DNA from: Candidatus Eiseniibacteriota bacterium
GTDB lineage: Bacteria > Eisenbacteria > RBG-16-71-46 > SZUA-252
Direction: 5' to 3'
Assembly (NCBI GenBank): GCA_963703225.1
Contig: OY969801.1
Coordinates: 2,592,001-2,656,000 of the forward strand
Length of the DNA: 64,000 bases
Part shown: piece after piece, positions 57,559-64,000 of the stretch
Layout of the letters: each line of letters opens with the position of its first letter
Position numbering within the stretch: the first letter of the stretch is position 1
Notes under the pieces: generated by a model
The model's input: only the letters and a program-made list of their open reading frames with translations
Database searches by the model: none
Told to the model about the DNA's origin: nothing
Made by a program: the position numbers and the translations under genes

Positions 57559-58332
57559 CTACGCGGCGGTCCAGCCGCCGTCGACATAGACTTCGGATCC
57601 GGTCATGTACGAGGCCTCGTCGCCGGCGAGGAACGCGATGACGTTCGCCACCTCCTCGGGCCGGCCGAGCCGGCCCATGGGCGTGTTGGCCTGGACGTAG
57701 GCGAGCATGGGGCTCGGCTTGCCGTCGACCGGCTCTAGAAACGGGGCCACCATCGGCGTCGTGATAAAGCCGGGATGGACCGAATTGACCCGGATGTTCT
57801 CCTTCGCGTAGCGGAGGGCGGCGCTCTTCGTCATGAGCCGGAGCGCCCCTTTTGAGGCGTGGTAGGCGATTGCATTGCCGCTCCCGCCGACCGCGCCGTA
57901 GATGGACGATATGTTGATGATCGAACCGCCGCCGGCTCGCCTCATGTGCGGAACTGCGGCCCGCATGCCGAGCCACGCGCCGGTCTGGTTGATCGCGATG
58001 AGCCGGTTGAACCCCTCCAGGGTTTCCTGTTCGACGTCTTCGAGGCGCGCGACCCCCGCATTGTTGACCAGGATGTGGAGCGCGCCGAGCGTCCGCGCCG
58101 CGGCGTCGACCGCGGCGCTCCAATCGCTCTCGCTCGCCACGTCGTGATGGACGTACCCCGAGCGCCCGCCCTGCCCCGCGATCGTCGCGGCCACCGCCTT
58201 CCCTTCGTCGTCGATCACGTCGGTGACGAGAACGGCGGCCCCGTGCCGGGCTAAGATCTCGCACGCCGCCTTTCCGATTCCTCTGGCGCCCCCCGTAACC
58301 AGGGCGACCTTACCCTCGAGTTTCGATTTCAA
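57559..58332 (-). CDS. Short-chain dehydrogenase/reductase
   Basis: TGGARGIG, NNAG, YHASK, VHPG, VDGG; GAGGAG SD before TTG. Confidence 0.93.
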   Translation of the reverse strand: MKSKLEGKVALVTGGARGIGKAACEILARHGAAVLVTDVIDDEGKAVAATIAGQGGRSGYVHHDVASESDWSAAVDAAARTLGALHILVNNAGVARLEDVEQETLEGFNRLIAINQTGAWLGMRAAVPHMRRAGGGSIINISSIYGAVGGSGNAIAYHASKGALRLMTKSAALRYAKENIRVNSVHPGFITTPMVAPFLEPVDGKPSPMLAYVQANTPMGRLGRPEEVANVIAFLAGDEASYMTGSEVYVDGGWTAA

Positions 58333-58369
58333 TCGGCTCCTCTCGGGAGGGCCGCATCGAGCGCCGGCC

Positions 58370-59416
58370 TCAATGCGATCCCCCACCGTGCTCTGCCGAC
58401 ACCTTGCCGGCGAATTGCCGGTAGACGTATGTGAAGTAGACCGCGACCAGCGCCATCCCGATGAGCCACCAGACGAGGCCGACCTTGAGCCCGTACTCGC
58501 CCGCCGCCGCGTTCCAGATCGTGAGCGATCGCGCCGGATCGGTGATCGACGGAAGCACGCACGGATAGACCCCAAACGCCGCGCTCGAGAGCATCCCGGC
58601 CAGATAACCGCACGAGGCGAGGAAGGCCATGGCCTCCCGGCGCCGCAGAAGGAACCACTGTATGGCCGCGAGCCCGGCCAGAGCGATCCCCGGGAACACA
58701 TAGCCCCACGGATGGAGCGTCAGGTTCTCCATCACCTGAGGCTGGAGCCGCAACGTGCACCACGTGACGGCCACGGTCGCGACCAAGGTCCCAATCCATC
58801 CCGCCCGCGCGACCGTTCGGGCGCGCGCTGCGATCGGATCCCGCGTCTTGAGCGCCACCCACAGCGCGCCGTGCATCGCGAGCGCGGCGTACGCGGCCAG
58901 ACCCACCAGGACCGTGTACGAATCCAGAATCCCCGAGTTGGGCCCTGGCTTGAAATCGGTCCAGAGCGGCTCGAAGAATCGCCCCGTCTCGTCAAAGGGC
59001 ACCCCGCGGATGACGTTCCCCAGCGCCGCGCCGAGGAAGATCGCGAGGAGCGAGCTGGAGAGCCAGAAGATCACGTCCCAGAGCGGCTTCCATGCCTCGC
59101 TGTCGATGTGGTTTCGGAACTCGATCGCGCAGCCGCGGAGGATGAGGAGCCAGAGAACCATCATGAGCGGAAGGTAAAAGCCGCTGAAGCCGGCGGCGTA
59201 GAGCGCCGGGAAGGCGAAGTAGAGGACGCCCCCCGCGGCGAGCAGCCAGACCTCGTTCCCGTCCCAGACCGGGCCGATCGTGGCCAGCACCGTTCGTCGC
59301 TCCTCCCCCGTTCGTCCGACGAAGAGGTGGACGATGCCGGCGCCCAGATCGAAGCCGTCGAAGACCACGTACGCCGCGAGCATGAACGCGACCAGACAGA
59401 ACCAGAGGGTTTCCAT
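58370..59416 (-). CDS. cydB: Cytochrome bd oxidase subunit II
   Basis: DGFDLGAG, IGPVWDGNEVW, FAFP. Confidence 0.95.
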   Translation of the reverse strand: METLWFCLVAFMLAAYVVFDGFDLGAGIVHLFVGRTGEERRTVLATIGPVWDGNEVWLLAAGGVLYFAFPALYAAGFSGFYLPLMMVLWLLILRGCAIEFRNHIDSEAWKPLWDVIFWLSSSLLAIFLGAALGNVIRGVPFDETGRFFEPLWTDFKPGPNSGILDSYTVLVGLAAYAALAMHGALWVALKTRDPIAARARTVARAGWIGTLVATVAVTWCTLRLQPQVMENLTLHPWGYVFPGIALAGLAAIQWFLLRRREAMAFLASCGYLAGMLSSAAFGVYPCVLPSITDPARSLTIWNAAAGEYGLKVGLVWWLIGMALVAVYFTYVYRQFAGKVSAEHGGGSH

Positions 59417-59422
59417 GATCGA

Positions 59423-60790
59423 CTAGCCCCCCGCCGGTGCCGCCGCGGACCCACGGCGCGGCGCGCGCGGCGCCGGGACGGGGCCCCGGTCGATCTCGCG
59501 CCGGATGAGGAACAGAAAGAGAATTCCGAGCACGGTGTACATCCCCATGAACCCGATCAGCGTGAAGAGGCCGTTCCCCGCCGAGACGTTCTTGGAGTAT
59601 CCGTCGGCGGTGCGCATCAGCCCGTAGATGAGCCACGGCTGGCGGCCGACCTCGGCCGTGATCCAGCCCGCGGTGTTGGCGATGTAGGGGAACGGGAAGC
59701 TCATCATGAGAATCCAGAGCATCCAGCGCGCGGTGTGGAGGGCGCCCCGCCAGAGAAGAAGCGCCGCGCCGCAGAAGATCGCGATGAAGAAGGTCCCGAG
59801 CCCAACCATGACGTGATACGCGTAGTAGAGGAGCGGAATGTTGTCGGGCCAATCCTTCTTCGGGAACGCGTCGAGCCCCTTCACATGCGCCTGCCACCGC
59901 TGGTAGGTGAGGAAGCTCAGCATCCGCGGCACCACGATCGGGTTGTCCAGACGCTGACGCACCATGTCGGGCTGTCCGATGATGACCAGGGGCGCGCCCT
60001 CCTCGGAGCGAAAGAGGCCCTCCATGGCCGCCAGGGTGGTCGGCTGATGCTTGGCCAGCATCCTTCCCTGGCCGTCCCCTGTCGGATAGAGCTGTACGAT
60101 CGAGGAGATCGCCCCCACCGTCACCGCCACACTCAGAAAGAGCTTCGCCTGCTCGGCGTGCTGCCGCGTGAGGAGGTAGTAGGCGCCCACCGCCGCCATC
60201 ACAAAGCAGCCGGTGAGCACGGCACCGTTCATGTTGTGCGCGTACTGCCACCCGGCCCACGGATTGAGGAGCAGCGCCCAGAAGCTTTGGAGGGCGATGG
60301 CCCCGCCCGGCATGATTTCGTGCCCGACCGGGTGCTGCATCCAGGCGTCGGTGGCGATGATGAAATAGCCGGAGAGCCAGGACCCGATGAAGACCATCAG
60401 CGACGCGAACCAGTGGCCGACGGGCCCCAGGCGGCGCTCGCCGAACAGGAAGAGCCCGAGGAAGGAGGATTCGAGGAAGAAGGAGAAGACCCCCTCCATG
60501 GCGAGGGTCTGTCCGATGACCCCACCGGCGGCTTTGGAAAAGTCGGCCCAGTTGGTGCCGAACTGAAACTCCATCGGGATGCCGGTCACGACGCCGATGG
60601 CGAAGTTGATCGCGAAGATCTTCGCCCAGAACCGCGCGGCGACGTTGTAGCGCTCGTCCCGGCGGGTCAGCGCCAGGGTCTTGAGGATCACGATGAGCAG
60701 AGCCAGCCCCATCGTGAGCTGGGGGAATAGGTAGTGGAACGTGACCGTGAAGGCGAAGTGGAGCCGATGCACGGCGAGGGCTTCGTCCAT
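59423..60790 (-). CDS. cydA: Cytochrome bd oxidase subunit I (short Q-loop)
   Basis: FHYLF, MEFQFGTNW, WMQHP, LAAMEG, EVGRQPW. Confidence 0.95.
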   Translation of the reverse strand: MDEALAVHRLHFAFTVTFHYLFPQLTMGLALLIVILKTLALTRRDERYNVAARFWAKIFAINFAIGVVTGIPMEFQFGTNWADFSKAAGGVIGQTLAMEGVFSFFLESSFLGLFLFGERRLGPVGHWFASLMVFIGSWLSGYFIIATDAWMQHPVGHEIMPGGAIALQSFWALLLNPWAGWQYAHNMNGAVLTGCFVMAAVGAYYLLTRQHAEQAKLFLSVAVTVGAISSIVQLYPTGDGQGRMLAKHQPTTLAAMEGLFRSEEGAPLVIIGQPDMVRQRLDNPIVVPRMLSFLTYQRWQAHVKGLDAFPKKDWPDNIPLLYYAYHVMVGLGTFFIAIFCGAALLLWRGALHTARWMLWILMMSFPFPYIANTAGWITAEVGRQPWLIYGLMRTADGYSKNVSAGNGLFTLIGFMGMYTVLGILFLFLIRREIDRGPVPAPRAPRRGSAAAPAGG

Positions 60791-60798
60791 GAGCCTCC

Positions 60799-62511
60799 CT
60801 ACGCGGGCCGATACGGTCGGTACACGGGCTCCCAGATCATGGAGCGCACGCGGCCTTCCACCGCGTCTGCCGGGATGGGCGGGGCCGCGCCGCTCGTGAT
60901 CAACGATGTTGCCACCGCGACGGCGACGCGAAACGATACATCGCGCAGGCGCGCGAGGGGCGGATAGATCGGCTCGCCGGGCCGGCCGGTGATGGTCGTG
61001 AATTCGTGGACGGCGTTCCCCGCCGCCGCGAAGGCCTGATCGGTCAGCCGGCTGGCGCCCACGGCGATCGCGCCGAGGCCAACACCCGGAAAGACGAGCG
61101 CGTTATTCCCCTGACCGATGCTGTGGGTCACGCCCGCCACGGTCACGGATGGGAACGGGCTTCCCGTCCCCACGACGGCCGCGCCCCCGGTCCACTGGAG
61201 CAGGTCGGACGGCGCCGCTTCCGCCTTGGAGGTCGGATTGGAGATCGGCAGGATGATCGGGCGCGGGCAGCCTCGAAGCATCGCGCGGACGATGGGCTCG
61301 GTGAAAGCCTTCGGTTGCCCGGAGGCACCGACGAGAATGGTGGGGCGATGCTGTTCCACGACCTCCGCGAGCGAGATCATTCCGGCCGACTTGACGCCCC
61401 ATCCGCGAACCATCGCGGGGTCGGCGGCGATCAACGCCTTTTCGCCTTCGAGGCCGGGCCGATCGCTGAGGATCAGGCCCTTGGAATCGAGGCTGAGGAC
61501 CCGCTCGGACAGGGCGCGCTCCGGGACGGCCGCCTCCCGCAGGGCCGCGCGGGCGGCCAGCGCGCACCCGGCGCCGGAAGCGCCGGCTCCGAAAAAGACG
61601 ATCCGCTCCTCCGCGAGCGTGCGGCCGACGTGCCGGAGCGCGCTACGGATCCCCGCGACGACGACCGCGCCGGTTCCCTCGATATCGTCGTTGAACGAGA
61701 GCAGCCGATCGCGATGGCGCGCCAGGACGCGGAATGCGTTTCGGCTCGCGAAGTCCTCCCATTGCACGAGGGCGCGCGGAAAGGCCTCACGGATGGCGGC
61801 GACCAGCTCGTCGACGAGGGCGTCGTACGGAGCACCTCTCAGGCGGCGGTGGGTGACGCCGAGGTAGAGCGGGTCGGTGAGGAGCGCCTCATTATCGGTG
61901 CCGACGTCGAGATCGATCGGAAGGCAATGCGCGGGATGGATGCCGGCTCCGGCGGTGTAGAGGGCAAGCTTGCCGATGGGGATCCCCATGCCGCCCACTC
62001 CCTGGTCCCCGATCCCGAGTATGGCCTCGTTGTCCGTGACGACGATGACGCGGACGTCGGTGTAGGGCGCGTTTCGGAGGATGGAAGCGATCCGGCCCCG
62101 GTCCTGCGTGGAGATGTAGAGGCCCCGAGGGCGGCGGTAGATGTGGCTGAACTGCTCGCAGACCTTCCCGACGGTGGGGGTATAGACGACGGGGGCCATC
62201 TCCTCGAGATGGTCGACGAGGAGGCGGTAGAAGAGGGTCTCGTTTCTGTCTTGAAGCGCGGCGAGAAAGAGATAGCGCTGAACGTCGTCCCCGGCTCGCT
62301 GGTAGTTCTCGTAGGCGCGCGCGCGCTGCTCTTCTTCCGTCGCGACGCCCGGCGGGAGGAGACCCCGAAGCCCGAGCGCGTCTCGTTCCTCGGGGCTGAA
62401 GCAGGTCCCCTTGTTGAGAAGCGGGTCGTCTTGGAGCTCTTCGCCGCGGCGGAATACGGCCCAGTACCGCTGCCCCGTGGCGGGGTCGACCCGCTCGTCA
62501 AACCGCCCCAT
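60799..62511 (-). CDS. maeA: NAD-dependent malic enzyme
   Basis: LLNKGT, YTPTVG, ILGIGDQG, QWEDF, FNDDI, GAGASG, SNPT, GQGNN; TATACT 6 nt before ATG 62511. Confidence 0.92.
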   Translation of the reverse strand: MGRFDERVDPATGQRYWAVFRRGEELQDDPLLNKGTCFSPEERDALGLRGLLPPGVATEEEQRARAYENYQRAGDDVQRYLFLAALQDRNETLFYRLLVDHLEEMAPVVYTPTVGKVCEQFSHIYRRPRGLYISTQDRGRIASILRNAPYTDVRVIVVTDNEAILGIGDQGVGGMGIPIGKLALYTAGAGIHPAHCLPIDLDVGTDNEALLTDPLYLGVTHRRLRGAPYDALVDELVAAIREAFPRALVQWEDFASRNAFRVLARHRDRLLSFNDDIEGTGAVVVAGIRSALRHVGRTLAEERIVFFGAGASGAGCALAARAALREAAVPERALSERVLSLDSKGLILSDRPGLEGEKALIAADPAMVRGWGVKSAGMISLAEVVEQHRPTILVGASGQPKAFTEPIVRAMLRGCPRPIILPISNPTSKAEAAPSDLLQWTGGAAVVGTGSPFPSVTVAGVTHSIGQGNNALVFPGVGLGAIAVGASRLTDQAFAAAGNAVHEFTTITGRPGEPIYPPLARLRDVSFRVAVAVATSLITSGAAPPIPADAVEGRVRSMIWEPVYRPYRPA

Positions 62512-62558
62512 CCCGGCAGTATAGGGCCATCGCGCCGGATTGGTGGGCATCACCCCAC

Positions 62559-63026
62559 TTAGCGGATCGCGCCCTCCTTGCCGGCCATCCTCCTTAGAAG
62601 TCCCATCTGGCCGATGTGGTAGGCCTCGTGGAATTGGAGAAAATGGAGGGTATCCCCGAGGGATTCGTCCCCTTTCTTTGTCCCCAGATCCTCGTCCTTG
62701 AGCCGGCCCAACCCGGCGCGGATCCGCTCCTGCGCGATGCTGAAGTCGGCGAGGATCTTCTCGAATTTTCTCGCCCGGGCTCCGTCCTGAATCGGCGCCG
62801 ATCCCCGCTTGTACGGCTCGGCCTCCTCGGCCGTCCAGATCGGCTGCTCCCCGAGCAGCCCCAAGACGAAGTTCCGGTTCGCGACGACGTGGCCGGCCAC
62901 CCAGTTGAGGCAGTTTCCGCCGCCGGGCGGCTGGATCAGGCTCTCCTCGTGGCTCAGACCCTTGACGTTCAGCTCCACGGCTCTGTGGTTGATCCCGAAC
63001 AGCTTCTGCAACGCGTCGACGCTCAT
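62559..63026 (-). CDS. DinB-family protein
   Basis: NCLNWVAGH and HEAYHIGQ His motif; ATGA overlap with MarR. Confidence 0.9.
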   Translation of the reverse strand: MSVDALQKLFGINHRAVELNVKGLSHEESLIQPPGGGNCLNWVAGHVVANRNFVLGLLGEQPIWTAEEAEPYKRGSAPIQDGARARKFEKILADFSIAQERIRAGLGRLKDEDLGTKKGDESLGDTLHFLQFHEAYHIGQMGLLRRMAGKEGAIR

Positions 63027-63472
63027 GGCTGCTTCTCCTTTCCGGCTATCGGAATGGTGACCTCTTGGATGGCGTCCAAGACCGCCCGAAACCCCCCGAT
63101 CTCGCTTTCTTCCACCCGGGCCCTGACCGCTGCCTCGAAAGAGACCAGGACGCGGCGCAGGCGGTCCGCGGAGGCGGCTCCCCGGCGAGTCAGGCGGACG
63201 AGCACGACCCGGCGGTCCTTCTTGGATGCTTCCCGATGGACCAGCCCGCGATCGACGAGCCGCTGGAGCATGCTGGTGGCGGTGGATGGCTTCATCCCGA
63301 AGACGTCGAGGAGGTCCGCGATGGGACAGGGGCCATAACTCCTCAGGTACGAGAGCAGATGCCCCTCGGCCGTTCCCACCCCTTCCCCGGCGCAGAAACC
63401 CTCGAGGTACCGGCCGATCTGTCGGGTGGCTTTATGGATCGGCGAGAGAAACGAGAAGGTCAGGCGGCGCAT
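63023..63472 (-). CDS. MarR-family transcriptional regulator
   Basis: PSTATSMLQRLVDRGLV...DRRVVLVRLTRRG winged helix. Confidence 0.92.
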   Translation of the reverse strand: MRRLTFSFLSPIHKATRQIGRYLEGFCAGEGVGTAEGHLLSYLRSYGPCPIADLLDVFGMKPSTATSMLQRLVDRGLVHREASKKDRRVVLVRLTRRGAASADRLRRVLVSFEAAVRARVEESEIGGFRAVLDAIQEVTIPIAGKEKQP

Positions 63473-63494
63473 CGGTCGGTCTTCTCCAATCAGT

Positions 63495-63529
63495 TTATTA
63501 CGACATCGTATAGTACGATATCGTAATAA
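63495..63529. promoter_or_regulatory. Probable MarR operator (double palindrome)
   Basis: TTATTACGACATCGTA-TAG-TACGATATCGTAATAA, a 16-bp inverted repeat with one mismatch, overlapping a minus-strand TTGACC-N18-TATTAT promoter. Confidence 0.75.
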
Positions 63530-63636
63530 TACCCCCTGAGGCGTGATCGGGTCAAGTAGAAAATCGCGCGCCCCGGGCGGCGGCCGCTCGGGACGGTCGC
63601 CCCGCAGGGGCCCGTTTTTGGTACAATCCTTAGCTC

Positions 63637-64000
<364 letters not shown>

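Overview
A gene-dense, strongly GC-rich bacterial chromosome segment with about 55 credible protein genes. I found no rRNA, tRNA, CRISPR array, transposase or phage genes. Recognisable modules: two ABC export systems; a three-gene Sdh1/type-F-like succinate dehydrogenase coupled to a PQQ-type dehydrogenase lipoprotein; a leucine-catabolism (liu) cluster with a split carboxylase alpha subunit; a maeA-cydAB-SDR-SPFH run; two ECF sigma/zinc anti-sigma loci; M16, M20, M50 and S9 peptidases; a Ser/Thr kinase-TPR protein; ettA; and the start of typA. The most unusual items are: (1) an orphan BoxB/PaaA-like diiron protein coupled to a GNAT acetyltransferase, with no reductase or ring-cleavage partner nearby; (2) a CDGSH Fe-S protein and a GGQ-less aeRF1-like (Balon-like) factor transcribed divergently from ettA across a perfect 16-bp palindrome; (3) a membrane GAF histidine-kinase homologue lacking the phospho-acceptor His; (4) a ~245-nt structured intergenic RNA candidate with its own promoter-like and terminator signals; (5) TAnnnT boxes 6-9 nt upstream of many start codons, suggesting leaderless transcription. 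At least three single-base frameshifts suggest indel errors in the assembly, so fusions and splits need read-level checks. All family calls come from motif recognition by eye; no database search was run.
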